Source: an uncultured delta proteobacterium
GTDB taxonomy: Bacteria; Desulfobacterota; Desulfuromonadia; Geobacterales; DSM-12255
NCBI GenBank assembly: GCA_963787125.1
Contig: CAWBBV010000001.1
Span: 672,001 to 736,000, forward strand
Direction of reading: 5' to 3'
Length of the DNA stretch: 64,000 bases
Below are positions 27,948 to 41,501 of the stretch, one piece after another. The notes under the pieces were generated by a model. It ran no database searches. It saw only the letters and a list, made by a program, of their open reading frames with translations, and was not told where the DNA came from. Both the position numbers and the translations under genes were made by a program. Position 1 is the first letter of the stretch; each line of letters starts with the position of its first letter.

Positions 27948-29606
27948 ATGAGCAACATTCCCCCTCCTGAAAATAGAGCGGATATCCTGATAGTAGACGA
28001 TATCTCGCTGACACGTCGGCAGCTCACTGACATTCTGAGTGAAGCCGGTTACCAGATCGAGCAAGCTGACAGCGGTTTCAAGGCACTTGAACTCGCCGCG
28101 GCTACTCTACCACAGCTGATTCTTCTTGATGTTGTCATGCCGGATATGGATGGCTTTCAGACCTGTAAAGAACTGAAAGCTATTCATGCACTTGCCGATA
28201 TTCCGGTGATTTTTATAAGCGCTCTGGATGAGACAGCCACAAAGGTTAAGGGGTTTGAGGCCGGAGGTGTTGACTACATCTCAAAGCCTTATGAAAAAGA
28301 AGAAGTCCTTGCCAGGGTTAAGACCCATCTCTCAATCAGGCAGCTACAACTCTCCCTTATGGCAGTCAATGCCGAGATGGAGGATCGCGTCCACCAGCGC
28401 ACGGCCGAGTTGATGGCCAAGCACGAGCAGCTCTCCAATCTCTTTCAGCAGGTAAGGCATGCGAAAATACAGTGGGAACAGACAATGGACTGTATTGACG
28501 ATATTATCATGCTGGTTGGCGAAGATGGCTGCCTGCTAAGGTGCAACAAGGCGCTGCTGCAGTTTGCCAGGGTTGATGTTTATAAGGATCTGCTTGGCCT
28601 TGACTGGCTGAAGTTGCTTGCTTCTTGTGGGCTTAATCTGGGAAGCCAGCACAGCAGTTCTCAGGAGCTTTATCACGAAAGCTCCGGCAGATGGTTTACG
28701 GTCAACTGGTATAATTATGCAGATAAAAACGGAGCTGTCATAGCGTTACACGATATGACGGCAATAAAGAAAGTTTATGAAGAGCTTGGTGCGGCTTATG
28801 AAAAGCTCAAGACGACGCATCATCGGCTTGTACAACAAGAGAAGATGGCGTCGATCGGTCAGCTTGCAGCAGGCGTCGCACATGAAATAAATAATCCCAT
28901 GGGGTTTATTTCAAGCAACCTAGAGACGCTGGGCAAGTACGCCAGGCGATTGAGCCAGTTCATGGCAGTTCAGGATGAGGTGTTAAAAGGGGTCTCCGAT
29001 CCGGAAGCGGTAGGGATGCTTGCCGAAGCCAGGAAAAGACTAAAGATCGACTATTTGCTTGATGATATCCCGGCACTTGTCGCCGAGTCCAACGACGGCG
29101 CGGCCAGGGTCAGGACGATAGTTCAAAATTTGAAAGGTTTCTCGCGTACTGATCTTGCCGAGAAGGAGCCGGCAAATATCAATGAATGTCTGGAACGGGC
29201 GATCAGCATTGCCTGGAACGAGCTGAAGTACAAGGTGACTCTGGAGCGGGATTTTGGCGAGTTGCCGACGATAAACTGTTATCCGCAACAGCTCGGACAG
29301 GTGTTCCTCAATTTCCTGGTGAATGCGGCCCACGCAATCGAGCAGCATGGAGTAATAAAGGTTGCTACAAGATTTAATGACGAGAGCGTCTCCATCTCAG
29401 TAAGCGATACCGGTGGCGGTATCCCTGCAGAGAATCTTGACAGGATTTTTGAGCCATTTTTCACTACTAAAGAGATTGGCACCGGCACCGGCCTTGGGTT
29501 GGCAATCAGTTATGAGATTGTGCAGAGTCATGGTGGTACAATTGACGTTGAGAGTGAAGTTGGCAGAGGAACAACGTTTACTGTGCGTTTGCCGCTGGGA
29601 AATTAG
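27948..29606 (+). CDS. Hybrid sensor histidine kinase (REC-PAS-HisKA-HATPase)
   Basis: N-terminal receiver; [21 protein letters not shown]-box; PFFTTK and GTGLGL. Confidence 0.92.
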   Translation: MSNIPPPENRADILIVDDISLTRRQLTDILSEAGYQIEQADSGFKALELAAATLPQLILLDVVMPDMDGFQTCKELKAIHALADIPVIFISALDETATKVKGFEAGGVDYISKPYEKEEVLARVKTHLSIRQLQLSLMAVNAEMEDRVHQRTAELMAKHEQLSNLFQQVRHAKIQWEQTMDCIDDIIMLVGEDGCLLRCNKALLQFARVDVYKDLLGLDWLKLLASCGLNLGSQHSSSQELYHESSGRWFTVNWYNYADKNGAVIALHDMTAIKKVYEELGAAYEKLKTTHHRLVQQEKMASIGQLAAGVAHEINNPMGFISSNLETLGKYARRLSQFMAVQDEVLKGVSDPEAVGMLAEARKRLKIDYLLDDIPALVAESNDGAARVRTIVQNLKGFSRTDLAEKEPANINECLERAISIAWNELKYKVTLERDFGELPTINCYPQQLGQVFLNFLVNAAHAIEQHGVIKVATRFNDESVSISVSDTGGGIPAENLDRIFEPFFTTKEIGTGTGLGLAISYEIVQSHGGTIDVESEVGRGTTFTVRLPLGN

Positions 29607-29620
29607 CTATGGGAGGTTTT

Positions 29621-30172
29621 ATGAACAGTTCTATTTTGCTGGTTGATGATGAACAGAATGTCCTTTCCGCCTTGATACGGGAGTTTGCGGATGAGCCGTA
29701 TGATATTGTTACGGCATTAAACGGCGAGGAGGCGTTAAACTTTGTAGCCGGGCAGACTTTCAAGGTAATTATCTCAGATGAGCGGATGCCAGGTATGGAC
29801 GGGGCGTCATTCCTGGCAGCGGCAAAGGAGATCTCACCTACAAGTGTAAGGATGATGCTCACCGGTCACGCCAGTATCGATGCCACCATGAGGGCCGTCA
29901 ACAATGGCGAAATTTACCGCTTCTTCACGAAACCGTGGAATAGTCTGGAGCTGAAACAATCAATAAAAACGGCGATAGAGAGGTACGATCTTGAAGATGA
30001 AAACAGAAGACTGCTGAAGGTTGTCAAGCGGCAGTCACAGGAGCTGCGGGCTCTTGAAAACAATCACCCCGGGATCAGCAGGTTAAGAAAAGACAGAGAA
30101 GGGGCATTTGTCCTGCCCGAGATAAGTGATGATGAAGTCAAGCAGTTGCTGGAAGAGTATGGGCACAATTGA
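29621..30172 (+). CDS. Response regulator
   Basis: LLVDDE, ISDERMPGMDG, FTKPW. Confidence 0.9.
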   Translation: MNSSILLVDDEQNVLSALIREFADEPYDIVTALNGEEALNFVAGQTFKVIISDERMPGMDGASFLAAAKEISPTSVRMMLTGHASIDATMRAVNNGEIYRFFTKPWNSLELKQSIKTAIERYDLEDENRRLLKVVKRQSQELRALENNHPGISRLRKDREGAFVLPEISDDEVKQLLEEYGHN

Positions 30173-30176
30173 AATA

Positions 30177-31199
30177 TTACTCGTCATCGTTCCGCTGGAG
30201 CAGGTAACGGCCATTCACCGCGGCAATTCTGCTTCCCATTATAGCTGACATGGTATCTACAGCTTTCACCGCCCTTTCAGCCGGCTTGCCTGAGAGCGGT
30301 TTTGGCTGGAAACCAACTTCGCTGTTAAGTACGTTCAGTGGGATAACCTCGACCTCTTTTACGCCGCCGTCAAACAGGATTCTTGCGATCATGCTTCGCT
30401 TTGAACTTCTGCTCATGCTGCCAAAGGTAAAATTCCCCAGACTGTAGAATATGACCCCGTTTTCATACTGTTCCACTCCTTGAAGGACGTGGGGATGATG
30501 GCCTATTACAATGTCTGCACCTGCATCAATTGCCTTGTGTGCAATCTTCACCTGGTAAGGCTTAGGCTTGTCGAGCCCTTCTCCTCCCCAGTGGAAGGAA
30601 ACAATGACGCAGTCAGCATTTTTTTTTGCTTGCTCAATGTCGGCAGTAAAGAGAGAAGCGTAACCTGGAGCAGTCCCTGCCCTTTCCGCTCCGGCAAAGA
30701 ACTCTTTTGGGTAGGTGAGGGAGTAGGCGAGAAAAGCAATTTTGATGCCCCTAATGGAAGTTACGTCCGACATCCTTGCCGAAAACAAGTCCTGACCGGC
30801 GCCAGCATGGGAAATAGCTTTGCTATCTAGAATCTCGATCGTATCTTTTAACCCCCTGGAGCCAAAGTCGAGAATGTGATTGTTGGCAAGGGAGAGATGG
30901 GTAAAACCGGCATTTTTAATCGCTTCAGCGGCCTTTGGGTCGGCTTTAAAGCGAAACGTCTTGGTAATAAGTTTTTCGGCTGATGTGGTGATTGGAGATT
31001 CAAGGTTTCCGATAACAAGGTCTCCCTGCTTCAGGATCTCCCTGGTTAAGTCAAATGGGTAGTCGTAACCGTATTTTTTGTAAGCCTTTTCACCGGATCC
31101 GGCGAGCATGATGTCGCCGACTGCAGTGATATTAAGAGGTTCTGTCATGGCTAGATGGGGCAAAAATAGTAGCAGTAAAGCGGTAATAATCCAGTTCAT
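30177..31199 (-). CDS. CapA (poly-gamma-glutamate synthesis) family metallophosphatase
   Basis: VGDIM, GNLE, LANNH..D, HWG.E, GHHPHV, YSLGNF. Confidence 0.9.
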   Translation of the reverse strand: MNWIITALLLLFLPHLAMTEPLNITAVGDIMLAGSGEKAYKKYGYDYPFDLTREILKQGDLVIGNLESPITTSAEKLITKTFRFKADPKAAEAIKNAGFTHLSLANNHILDFGSRGLKDTIEILDSKAISHAGAGQDLFSARMSDVTSIRGIKIAFLAYSLTYPKEFFAGAERAGTAPGYASLFTADIEQAKKNADCVIVSFHWGGEGLDKPKPYQVKIAHKAIDAGADIVIGHHPHVLQGVEQYENGVIFYSLGNFTFGSMSRSSKRSMIARILFDGGVKEVEVIPLNVLNSEVGFQPKPLSGKPAERAVKAVDTMSAIMGSRIAAVNGRYLLQRNDDE

Positions 31200-31290
31200 A
31201 AGGCAATGCCCTTTCGTCAGATGGTTGACTATGCTTTTAGCAAGTGCTACAAGATAAAACCTTATCTACCAATTAGCAAAGGATTTGAAA

Positions 31291-32562
31291 ATGCTTGACA
31301 TACGGTACATTCGTGAAAATCTGGAAAGTGTAGAAACCCGTCTTAAAAGTCGCGGCGCCAGTATATCACTTGCCGGTTTCAGGGACCTTGATGAAAGTAG
31401 AAGATCTCTTCAACAGGAAACTGAAACACTGAAGGCGCTTAGAAACAGAGTCTCTGACGAAATCAGCCGAGTGAAAGACAAAAGCCAGGTTCAGGGTCAG
31501 ATTGCGGAGATGCGTGAGGTCTCCCAGCGGATAAAGGGGCTTGATGATAAGCTTAAAGAGGTAGAAGATTCGCTTGAACAGTTCATGCTGACAGTTCCCA
31601 ATATCCCCTCAACCGAAACACCTCCAGGCGCAAATGAGTCAGATAATAGGGAAGTGAAGCTCTGGGGTGAAATCCCGCAAATGTCCTTTCAGGCAAGGCC
31701 TCACTGGGAAATCGGCGAGGCACTTAATATTCTGGATTTTGAAAGGGGTGCCAAAATTACCGGTGCGCGATTCACCCTTTACAAGGGAGCTGGTGCAAGG
31801 CTGGAGCGGGCTCTCATTAATTTCATGCTCGATCTGCATACAACCAGACATAATTATATTGAAATGCTGCCACCTTTTATGGTAAACAGGGAAAGTATGA
31901 CCGGAACCGGTCAGCTCCCCAAGTTTGAAGACGACCTCTTCCATCTGGAAGGGGTTGATTATTTCCTGATCCCGACGGCAGAAGTTCCGGTTACAAATAT
32001 CCACCGTGGTGAGATTCTAAAAGGGGCCGATCTACCGATTGCGTATACGGCACACACGCCTTGTTTCAGAAGAGAGGCCGGCTCATACGGCAAGGATACG
32101 CGCGGCCTGATTCGCCAGCATCAATTCAATAAGGTCGAACTGGTTAAATTTGTTCATCCGGCTGACTCGATGAAGGAACTGGATCAGCTTCTTGATAACG
32201 CAGAAGAGGTTTTGAGGCTGCTTGAACTCCCCTACAGGGTTGTTGAACTTTGTACAGCTGATATAGGATTTTCAGCCTGCCGCACTTTTGATATAGAGGT
32301 CTGGCTGCCCGGGCAGAGTACTTACAGGGAAATATCCTCCTGCAGCAATTTCGGGGATTTTCAGGCAAGGCGGGCAGGGATAAAGTTTCGCGAGGATGAG
32401 AAGTCAAAGCCTGAGTTTGTTCATACATTGAATGGCTCCGGGCTTGCAGTTGGCAGGACAGTGGTGGCAATTCTGGAGAATTGCCAGCAAGGGGATGGAT
32501 CAGTAGTTATCCCGCAGGCGCTTCGTCCATATATGGGCGGACTTGAGAAAATAGTAGCTTAA
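31291..32562 (+). CDS. serS: Seryl-tRNA synthetase
   Basis: [43 protein letters not shown]. Confidence 0.97.
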   Translation: MLDIRYIRENLESVETRLKSRGASISLAGFRDLDESRRSLQQETETLKALRNRVSDEISRVKDKSQVQGQIAEMREVSQRIKGLDDKLKEVEDSLEQFMLTVPNIPSTETPPGANESDNREVKLWGEIPQMSFQARPHWEIGEALNILDFERGAKITGARFTLYKGAGARLERALINFMLDLHTTRHNYIEMLPPFMVNRESMTGTGQLPKFEDDLFHLEGVDYFLIPTAEVPVTNIHRGEILKGADLPIAYTAHTPCFRREAGSYGKDTRGLIRQHQFNKVELVKFVHPADSMKELDQLLDNAEEVLRLLELPYRVVELCTADIGFSACRTFDIEVWLPGQSTYREISSCSNFGDFQARRAGIKFREDEKSKPEFVHTLNGSGLAVGRTVVAILENCQQGDGSVVIPQALRPYMGGLEKIVA

Positions 32563-32572
32563 AATTAAATAC

Positions 32573-32658
32573 GGAAGAGTGGCCGAGTGGTTGAAGGCGG
32601 CGGTCTTGAAAACCGTTTAACTAACGTTACGTGGGTTCGAATCCTACCTCTTCCGCCA
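32573..32658 (+). tRNA. tRNA-Ser(TGA)
   Basis: Acceptor GGAAGAG/CTCTTCC-GCCA; anticodon loop CT-TGA-AA; long variable arm; GTTCGAA T-loop. Confidence 0.93.
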
Positions 32659-32731
32659 AATATTTTTTTTCAGTGACAGTCCAGTTGAGAATAGTAGCGG
32701 TGTGTTTATTCAGCACGCTATATAGATTCAC

Positions 32732-32824
32732 GGAGAGATGGCCGAGTAGGTCGAAGGCGCTCGCCTGCTAAGCGAGTATACTGGGAAACCGGTATCAAGG
32801 GTTCGAATCCCTTTCTCTCCGCCA
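32732..32824 (+). tRNA. tRNA-Ser(GCT)
   Basis: Acceptor GGAGAGA/TCTCTCC-GCCA; anticodon arm CTCGC-CT-GCT-AA-GCGAG; long variable arm. Confidence 0.95.
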
Positions 32825-32844
32825 TTTATATTCCAGGGAGTATC

Positions 32845-33342
32845 ATGGTAAAAAAGCTGGTCCGGTTATTTTTTACGGGGTTGATATGCCTGTCAGCTTT
32901 TACGTTTGGCTGCAGCAAGAAAGAAGAGCCGAAGAAATCGCATCAAACTGAGGTTCCGGCACAGGATACGATTATAAGAAAGCAGACAGAAGTATCGATT
33001 CCTGACAATGTAAAAGGGAAATGGAAGTCTGTAAAAATCAGTATCATGGACAAGGAGCAGAATAAGGAAGGGTTTGTTGTTATAGAAGTTGGTAAGGCAA
33101 TGAAAGTAAACGGCACAAATCTCGTTATTAAGGTTGAAAGTTTTCTCCCGCACTTCATAATGGATGGAACAACGCTCACCTCAAGCTCAAATTCACCCAA
33201 AAACCCGGCTGTACAGGTTCATATCACCGAAAATGGTAATGAAGTGTTCAAGGGTTGGCTCTTCACTCTCTACCCGAACACTCATGCTTCTCAACACTCA
33301 AGATACGGATTCGGTCTTGTAGACTTCACCCCGACAAAATAA
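32845..33342 (+). CDS. Lipoprotein (DUF2155-like)
   Basis: Lipobox TFGC; FLPHF.M and NPA.......F.GWLF..YP patterns. Confidence 0.7.
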   Translation: MVKKLVRLFFTGLICLSAFTFGCSKKEEPKKSHQTEVPAQDTIIRKQTEVSIPDNVKGKWKSVKISIMDKEQNKEGFVVIEVGKAMKVNGTNLVIKVESFLPHFIMDGTTLTSSSNSPKNPAVQVHITENGNEVFKGWLFTLYPNTHASQHSRYGFGLVDFTPTK

Positions 33343-33682
33343 TTTCATATGCGATCAAGCAAGGTTCTGGAAACTACTGGAGCCTTTCCTTAGTGGCACT
33401 CCTTACTTGATTATTGCGATTAATCTTCGCTTGTGAAGTGAGTCTCTGTCTTTCAGTTGTCCCTTCCCAATAACCTCTATACGATCTTGTGACAGGCAAT
33501 AAAACAATTATCCTCTGGCGACTATATGCATAGGTTGGCACAATTAGTAGCTGTTACCGGTCTGGTCATGATTCAGACCCGGGGTTTCACCTTCCCGAAA
33601 AAACTTTTCAGCTGAAGGCATTTGTGCTAATTTGCATCTTTTTAATGTCATTGAGTAATAGTTAAGCTGAGGAACTCTCACT

Positions 33683-34459
33683 ATGTCCCGAATTATCTGC
33701 ATTGCCAATCAGAAGGGTGGCGTCGGCAAGACAACTACGTCTGTAAATCTCGCGTCTTCGCTTGCCGCAGCAGAAAAGCGAGTTCTCCTTGTCGATATCG
33801 ATCCGCAGGGTAATGCCACCAGTGGAGTGGGGGTCGATAAAAACGGGCTGACCAGCAGCGTTTACGATCTGATTATAAATGATGAAGAACCAGCAGGGAT
33901 GATCCTTGAGACAGAGCTCAAAACACTGCATATCATCCCGGCTACTCCGGATCTTGCCGGTGCCGAACTTGAGTTGGTTGAGCTAACTGATCGAGAAAAT
34001 AAACTCAAGAAAATTCTCCACCCGCTAAGAACTTTGTATGATTTCATAATTATCGACTGTCCACCGTCTCTAGGCCTCCTGACTATCAACGCGATGACAG
34101 CCGCAGACAGGGTGATAATTCCGTTGCAAACAGAATTTTATGCGATGGAAGGACTTTCTCAGATTGTCAGAACCATCGCCCTTATTCAGAAAGGGCTGAA
34201 TCCTGGTTTGCAGATTGAGGGGATACTGCTGACAATGTTTGACGGCAGGAACAATCTTTCCAGGCAGGTTGAAGAGGAAGTGCGAACGCATTTCGGAAAC
34301 AAGGTTTTCAGAACAGTAATCCCGAGAAATGTAAGGCTTTCGGAGGCCCCCAGTCATGGGAAACCGATCATCCTTTATGACATAACATCTCGAGGTGCAG
34401 TTGCATATCTGGAACTGGCAAGGGAGCTGGTCGAGCGTGGAGGAGGGGTAAATGGTTAA
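33683..34459 (+). CDS. parA: ParA/Soj partition ATPase
   Basis: NQKGGVGKTT, DIDPQGNA, IDCPPSLG, PRNVRLSEAPSHG. Confidence 0.95.
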   Translation: MSRIICIANQKGGVGKTTTSVNLASSLAAAEKRVLLVDIDPQGNATSGVGVDKNGLTSSVYDLIINDEEPAGMILETELKTLHIIPATPDLAGAELELVELTDRENKLKKILHPLRTLYDFIIIDCPPSLGLLTINAMTAADRVIIPLQTEFYAMEGLSQIVRTIALIQKGLNPGLQIEGILLTMFDGRNNLSRQVEEEVRTHFGNKVFRTVIPRNVRLSEAPSHGKPIILYDITSRGAVAYLELARELVERGGGVNG

Positions 34460-35285
34460 AAAAACCGGTCTCGGTAAAGGGATGGGGGCGCTTCTTCCGG
34501 TAATGGCGAAGGAGCATACCAGCTATTTTATCTGCCCAATTGAGGATATAAAGCCGAACAGGGCCCAGCCAAGAAAAACATTTACGTCAGAAAAACTCGA
34601 AGAGCTGGCCGCTTCCATAAGGGAACAAGGGGTGATTCAGCCTCTTGTTGTCATCAGGAAAGCCAACCATTATGAGATCATTGCCGGAGAGCGGCGCTGG
34701 CGTGCGGCCCAGAAAGCGGGTCTCCATGAAGTCCCAGTCGTAATTCAGGATGTTTCAGAGAACACTGCTCTTGAGATGGCGCTGATTGAGAATATCCAGC
34801 GAGAAGATCTAAATGCAATAGAAGAGGCCAATGCATATCGCTCGCTAATGGAGAAGATTGATCTGTCTCAGGAAGAGATGGCCAAAAGAGTCGGCAAGGA
34901 TCGTTCAACGGTTGCTAACTCACTCAGGCTCCTCAAGCTACCAGAAGAGATTCAACGAGACCTTGTGGAAGAACGTCTTTCGATGGGGCACGCCAGAGCA
35001 CTACTTGCACTTGAACACCCTGAAATGCTCCGCAAAGCTCGTGAAGAGATTCTTAAAAAGCATCTGAGTGTCCGTGGCGCCGAAGCGTTAGTGAAGAGAC
35101 TGAAAAATCCATTGCCGAAAAAATCCAAAGGACAGGACCTGGAATATGTCGAGGTGATCGAATTGCTGAAAAAAAGATTTCGGACAAAAGTTGAAATTAA
35201 AACAGGTGGACGCTGTGGCAAGATAGAAATCAGCTACAGCGGCCGTGAAGAGCTTTCCAGGGTTATCGAACTGCTCGGAATCTGA
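34452..35285 (+). CDS. parB: ParB/Spo0J partition protein
   Basis: GLGKG, QPRK.F, IAGERRWRAA, ENIQREDL, HTH. Confidence 0.95.
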   Translation: MVKKTGLGKGMGALLPVMAKEHTSYFICPIEDIKPNRAQPRKTFTSEKLEELAASIREQGVIQPLVVIRKANHYEIIAGERRWRAAQKAGLHEVPVVIQDVSENTALEMALIENIQREDLNAIEEANAYRSLMEKIDLSQEEMAKRVGKDRSTVANSLRLLKLPEEIQRDLVEERLSMGHARALLALEHPEMLRKAREEILKKHLSVRGAEALVKRLKNPLPKKSKGQDLEYVEVIELLKKRFRTKVEIKTGGRCGKIEISYSGREELSRVIELLGI

Positions 35286-35423
35286 ATCACAGAAATAAAT
35301 AATCAATCAAAAAACTTGACACGAAAATAGTGGTATGGTAGCTATTTCATGTTTTGCTTCTAGGGCGTTTGCCCATAAGCTTCGTGTATACAGTATACAA
35401 CTTGCCCGGCGAGAGGTGGAAGC

Positions 35424-35849
35424 GTGATTAATATAGATTTAGCGTTTGTAATTCAGTTGATCAATTTCTTGGTTCTGCTTGCAGTCCTGAATGTTCTTCT
35501 TTACAAGCCGATAAGAAAAGTTCTTGCGGAGCGACAAGGGAAGATAACTGCTGCACGGAACAAGGCTGAAAGCGTTGATCAGGATGTTCAGGCAAAAATG
35601 GCCGAGTACGAAGCCCGTCTCAAAGGAATGAAGAGTGGTGCTGCAGATGAGCGCGGCGCACTGGTGAAAGAAGCCCAGGTGGAAGAGGCTGCAATTCTAG
35701 AGTCTGCTCGCAAAGATGCTGCGACGACACTTGCTACTATCAAGGCAAGAGTGGCGAAAGAAGCTGCTGACGCAAGGGTTATTCTTCAGGAGCAGGCAAA
35801 AATGCTTTCGATTGATATTTGCGAAAAAGTTCTCGGGAGGAGCTTGTAA
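35424..35849 (+). CDS. ATP synthase F0 subunit b'
   Basis: N-terminal TM (QLINF..L...LN.LLYKP) plus coiled coil; first gene of the atp operon. Confidence 0.88.
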   Translation: MINIDLAFVIQLINFLVLLAVLNVLLYKPIRKVLAERQGKITAARNKAESVDQDVQAKMAEYEARLKGMKSGAADERGALVKEAQVEEAAILESARKDAATTLATIKARVAKEAADARVILQEQAKMLSIDICEKVLGRSL

Positions 35850-35850
35850 T

Positions 35851-36471
35851 ATGAAGCGCTGTATGGAGATTTTGCGCAAGCCGGCCGCTATTGCCGGGAT
35901 TCAGTTGCTGCTGGTTATTGCTCTCGTGTCATTCGGTTTTGCGTCAGGAGGTGAAGGCGGCGCACATGGCGAAGGACACGGTGGAGCTGCACAGTGGAAA
36001 GACTTTATGTGGCGTTGCATCGATTTTGCAGCACTTGTCCTTATCATGGTCTGGGCAGTCAAGAAAGCTGATATGAAAAAGGCGCTCGCAGACCGTCAGG
36101 CAGGTATTGACAAGGCTCTTCGCGAAGCTGACGAAATGAAAGCTGCTGCAGAGAAGAAGTTTGCCGAGTACAGTGCACGGCTTGCCCAGGCAAACAAAGA
36201 AGCAGAAGAGCTACAGAAAGTTATCCGCGAAGACGGGCTTGCAGAGAAAGCCAGGATTGTTGCCGAGGCTAAAATTGCTGCCGTGAAGATAAAGGATCAG
36301 GCTACAACTATGGCTGATCTGGAGATCGTCAGAGCCAGGACGGAACTCCGTGAAGAGGCTTCACGGCTTGCTGTTCAAATCGCTGAGCAGACCCTCAAGT
36401 CGGCTCTGCGTGCAGATGATCAGGATAGGCTGGTTGGAGAATATCTTACCAAGGTGGTGGAATTACATTGA
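35851..36471 (+). CDS. atpF: ATP synthase F0 subunit b
   Basis: TM segments then long coiled coil; operon position. Confidence 0.88.
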   Translation: MKRCMEILRKPAAIAGIQLLLVIALVSFGFASGGEGGAHGEGHGGAAQWKDFMWRCIDFAALVLIMVWAVKKADMKKALADRQAGIDKALREADEMKAAAEKKFAEYSARLAQANKEAEELQKVIREDGLAEKARIVAEAKIAAVKIKDQATTMADLEIVRARTELREEASRLAVQIAEQTLKSALRADDQDRLVGEYLTKVVELH

Positions 36472-37010
36472 GCGCGAACGCAATAGCACGACGTTACGCC
36501 AAGGCTCTTGTTCAGCTTGCGGCTGAAGAAGGGGCAGTGGAAAAATTTCATGGTGATCTTGCCGGAGTAGCAGACCTCTTTTCAGCACACGCTGAACTCG
36601 GTTCACTCCTTTCAAATCCGGCATACGGCATTGAAGCCAAGTTGGAGATCTTGCGGGATGTTGCCGATAAGCTTTCTCTGTCAGGGTCAGTCCGTAACTT
36701 TCTGCTTTTGCTTCAGGAGCGGAACCGGATGTCGTGCTTGCCGGCGATTTTCTCTAGTTACAGTGTTCTTGCTGATGAGCTCTCAGGAGTTGTCCGCCCG
36801 CTCATTACTTCGGCTCTGCCGCTGGATGACGCACGTATAACTGAGATCAAAGCTGCTCTGGAAAAGAGTACCGGCAAGAAGGTTATATTGACAGTAGAAA
36901 TTGATCCTACGCTGATTGGTGGCCTGATTACCAAAATAGGCGATAAAGTTCTTGATGGAAGCGTTAAAACACAGTTGACCAGAATTGAAGCTATATTACA
37001 GAAGGGGTGA
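36468..37010 (+). CDS. atpH: ATP synthase F1 delta
   Basis: [15 protein letters not shown]...IGD.V.DGS. Confidence 0.93.
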   Translation: MSANAIARRYAKALVQLAAEEGAVEKFHGDLAGVADLFSAHAELGSLLSNPAYGIEAKLEILRDVADKLSLSGSVRNFLLLLQERNRMSCLPAIFSSYSVLADELSGVVRPLITSALPLDDARITEIKAALEKSTGKKVILTVEIDPTLIGGLITKIGDKVLDGSVKTQLTRIEAILQKG

Positions 37011-37019
37011 GATGATCCT

Positions 37020-38531
37020 ATGGAAATCAGAGCCGAAGAAATCAGCGAAATAATTAAGAAGCAGATCAAGGGTTACGGCAAGGATGTTGAAGTTGCCGAA
37101 ACAGGTACCATCATCTCTGTTGGTGACGGTATTGCCCGCATTCATGGACTTGACAAGGCAATGCAAGGCGAACTGCTTGACTTCCCGGGCGGCCTTTCAG
37201 GAATGGTGCTGAACCTTGAAGAAGACAATGTCGGCGCCGCAATTTTTGGTGAAGACAACGAGAATATCAAGGAAGGCTCTACAGTCAAGCGCACCGGAAG
37301 AATCGTTGAGGTTCCCGTCGGTCGGGCACTTATTGGCCGGGTAGTTGACGCTATCGGCCAGCCGATTGATGGTAAAGGTCCGATCAATACCGACACCTTC
37401 AGCAAGGTCGAGATTAAGGCTCCTGGTATTGTTCAGCGTAAATCTGTTCATGAGCCGATGCAGACCGGTCTTAAAGCTATTGACTCTATGGTGCCAATCG
37501 GGCGGGGTCAGCGTGAGCTAATCATTGGTGACCGTCAGACAGGCAAGACTGCTGTCGCCATGGACACCATCATCAACCAGAAGGGTGGCGATGTTGTCTG
37601 TATTTACGTTGCTATCGGTCAGAAACGTTCCACTGTTGCCCAGGTTGTCTCCAAGCTGACAGAGCATGGCGCTATGGATTATACCATCGTTGTTGCTGCT
37701 ACTGCTTCCGAGCCGGCACCGCTTCAGTTCATCGCCCCTTATACCGGTGTCACCATGGGCGAGTTCTTCCGCGACAGCGGCAAGCATGCTCTTATCGTCT
37801 ATGACGATCTTTCCAAGCAGGCAGTTGCCTACCGTCAGCTTTCACTGCTTCTTCGCCGTCCGCCAGGACGTGAGGCGTATCCAGGAGACGTTTTCTATCT
37901 CCATAGCCGTCTTCTTGAGCGTGCCTGCAAAGTTTCCGACGAATTAGGCGCAGGCTCGCTGACTGCATTACCGATCATTGAGACCCAGGCTGGCGACGTA
38001 TCTGCTTACATTCCGACCAACGTAATCTCGATTACTGACGGGCAGATCTTCCTTGAATCCGACCTCTTCTACTCAGGTGTTCGTCCGGCGATTAACGTCG
38101 GTATCTCCGTATCGCGAGTCGGTGGTTCCGCTCAAACTAAATCGATGAAGCAGGTTGCCGGTACTCTCCGTCTTGACCTTGCCCAGTATCGTGAGATGGC
38201 AGCATTTGCCCAGTTCGGTTCAGATCTTGATAAGGCCACTCAGATGCAGCTTGCTCGTGGTGAGCGTCTTGTTGAGATTCTCAAGCAGGCTCAATACCAG
38301 CCGCTTTCCAATGAAAAGCAGATTCTGATTATCTTTGCTGCTAATCAGGGCTTCTTGGATGAGTATCCAGTGACTGTACTGAGACGTTATGAAACTGAGC
38401 TTATGTCATTCTTTGACAGCCGCAAAAGCGAGCTGGTTGGTGAGCTCAAAAACAAGAAAGCGATGGATGATGAACTGAAAGCTAAATTCATTGCCGCTCT
38501 TAACGAGTTCAAGAAAGAGTTCACAGTCTAA
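37020..38531 (+). CDS. atpA: ATP synthase F1 alpha
   Basis: [23 protein letters not shown]. Confidence 0.98.
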   Translation: MEIRAEEISEIIKKQIKGYGKDVEVAETGTIISVGDGIARIHGLDKAMQGELLDFPGGLSGMVLNLEEDNVGAAIFGEDNENIKEGSTVKRTGRIVEVPVGRALIGRVVDAIGQPIDGKGPINTDTFSKVEIKAPGIVQRKSVHEPMQTGLKAIDSMVPIGRGQRELIIGDRQTGKTAVAMDTIINQKGGDVVCIYVAIGQKRSTVAQVVSKLTEHGAMDYTIVVAATASEPAPLQFIAPYTGVTMGEFFRDSGKHALIVYDDLSKQAVAYRQLSLLLRRPPGREAYPGDVFYLHSRLLERACKVSDELGAGSLTALPIIETQAGDVSAYIPTNVISITDGQIFLESDLFYSGVRPAINVGISVSRVGGSAQTKSMKQVAGTLRLDLAQYREMAAFAQFGSDLDKATQMQLARGERLVEILKQAQYQPLSNEKQILIIFAANQGFLDEYPVTVLRRYETELMSFFDSRKSELVGELKNKKAMDDELKAKFIAALNEFKKEFTV

Positions 38532-38551
38532 ACCAAGGACGGAATTCCGTT

Positions 38552-39422
38552 ATGCCAAGTTTAAAAAGCATCAAAAAGCGTATTGCTTCAGTAAAAAATA
38601 CGGGTCAGATAACCAAAGCCATGAAAATGGTTTCGGCTGCCAAGTTGCGGCGAGCTCAGGAAAATGTTGTTGCGGCGCGTCCATACGCAAAAAAACTGTC
38701 AGAGGTTCTCGGGCGTCTGTCGGGCAATGTCCCGGCTGATTGCAGTCCGCTTATTCAGCGTCGTGAAGATTCAAACAAGGCTCTTCTGGTAGTAGTAACG
38801 TCTGATCGCGGTCTTTGTGGTGGTTTCAATGCCAACCTGTGCAAGGCGGCAGACCGTTTTGTCAAAGAGCGCAAAGCTGACTTTTCAGAGTTGAAAATCA
38901 TGGCCCTCGGTAAGAAGGGCAATGACTTCATGAAGCGGCGCCACGGGGTTTGGAAAAGCCATGTGGGTTTGCTGTCCGCGCTCAATTACCATACAGCTGC
39001 TCTGCTTGCCCAAGAGATCATCGAGGGATATATTGCTGGAGAGTATGATGAAGTCCATATCGTTTATAATGAGTTTCGTAGCGTTATGTCCCAGGAGATT
39101 ACCTTCACCCAGCTTCTCCCGGTAACACCGCCTGCCTCCGATAATGAGGCAGTTAGAGCCGCGCGAATATATTTACGAGCCGAGTCAGGCTGAACTTCTT
39201 GCCGAACTTCTGCCTAAGCATATTGAAGTGCAGATATTCAAGACACTGCTTGAAACGGTTGCCGGTGATCATGGTGCCCGTATGACTGCCATGGATAGCG
39301 CATCCAAAAATGCGAAAGAGATGATCGGCAAGCTGACTCTTATCTACAACCGTGCCCGTCAGGCAGCAATCACCAAGGAACTGATGGAGATTATCTCCGG
39401 GGCTGAGTCGGTAAAAGGTTAA
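38552..39422 (+). pseudogene. atpG: ATP synthase F1 gamma, frameshifted near 39155 (real lesion or sequence error)
   Basis: N-part ([16 protein letters not shown]) in 38552-39193; C-part (YEPS...RMTAMD.A...NRARQA.IT.E..EI.SG) in the +1 frame, 39144-39422. Confidence 0.9.
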
Positions 39423-39448
39423 TAAGGACATAGATCCATAATTAATAA

Positions 39449-40894
<1,446 letters not shown>

Positions 40895-40972
40895 TAAAGG
40901 CAGGCACCAGGCGCCAGACGCTAGGCTTTAACCCAGAGCCCAGAGTCAAATGTCCGGAGTCTTGAGGTAGAT

Positions 40973-41389
40973 ATGGCTGAAAAACTGAATCTTGAGCTTG
41001 TAACCCCATATAAAAAAGTTCTTTCTGAAGAAGTTGACGAGATTACCGCTACAGGAAAACTAGGTGAATTCGGTGTCCTTCCCGGTCATGCTCCGTTTCT
41101 GTCGTCACTTAACATTGGCGAGTTCTGTTATAAACAGGATGGCGTTATTCATGCCATGGCAGTTAGCTGGGGTTACTTCGAGGTTGAAGATGACAAGGCG
41201 ACTGTTCTTGTGCAGACAGCAGAGCGTGCTGATGAGATCGACCTTGAAAGAGCTAAGGCAGCTTTGGGGCGCGCCGAGGATATGCTGAAAAAGCTTGCTC
41301 CCGAAGACAGGCAGTTTAAAATTTATGAAGCTGCTCTTGAGCGGGCTGTCATCAGAATGCAGGTCGCTGGTAAAGCAGTTCGCAAATAG
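40973..41389 (+). CDS. atpC: ATP synthase F1 epsilon
   Basis: LVTP, GEFGVLPGHAP. Confidence 0.95.
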   Translation: MAEKLNLELVTPYKKVLSEEVDEITATGKLGEFGVLPGHAPFLSSLNIGEFCYKQDGVIHAMAVSWGYFEVEDDKATVLVQTAERADEIDLERAKAALGRAEDMLKKLAPEDRQFKIYEAALERAVIRMQVAGKAVRK

Positions 41390-41409
41390 CTTAAATGTTT
41401 TTATTGTTC

Positions 41410-41441
41410 AAAAAGAGCGTCCTACGGGGCGCTCTTTTTTT
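41410..41441 (+). terminator. Intrinsic terminator of the atp operon
   Basis: AAAAGAGCGTCC-TACG-GGGCGCTCTTTTTTT. Confidence 0.85.
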
Positions 41442-41501
41442 GTTTACGTGGTATTTAATTTATTGTTTTGATATAACCTCCAGAGTAATGGAGAAAATTA
41501 A

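Noticed and set aside
32573..32824. tRNA genes as integration sites for an island
   Set aside because: No integrase and no duplicated tRNA 3' end seen in the window (same for tRNA-Pro)
33343..33682. 340-bp intergenic region before parA as an ncRNA or parS site
   Set aside because: No recognisable RNA family pattern or parS palindrome seen
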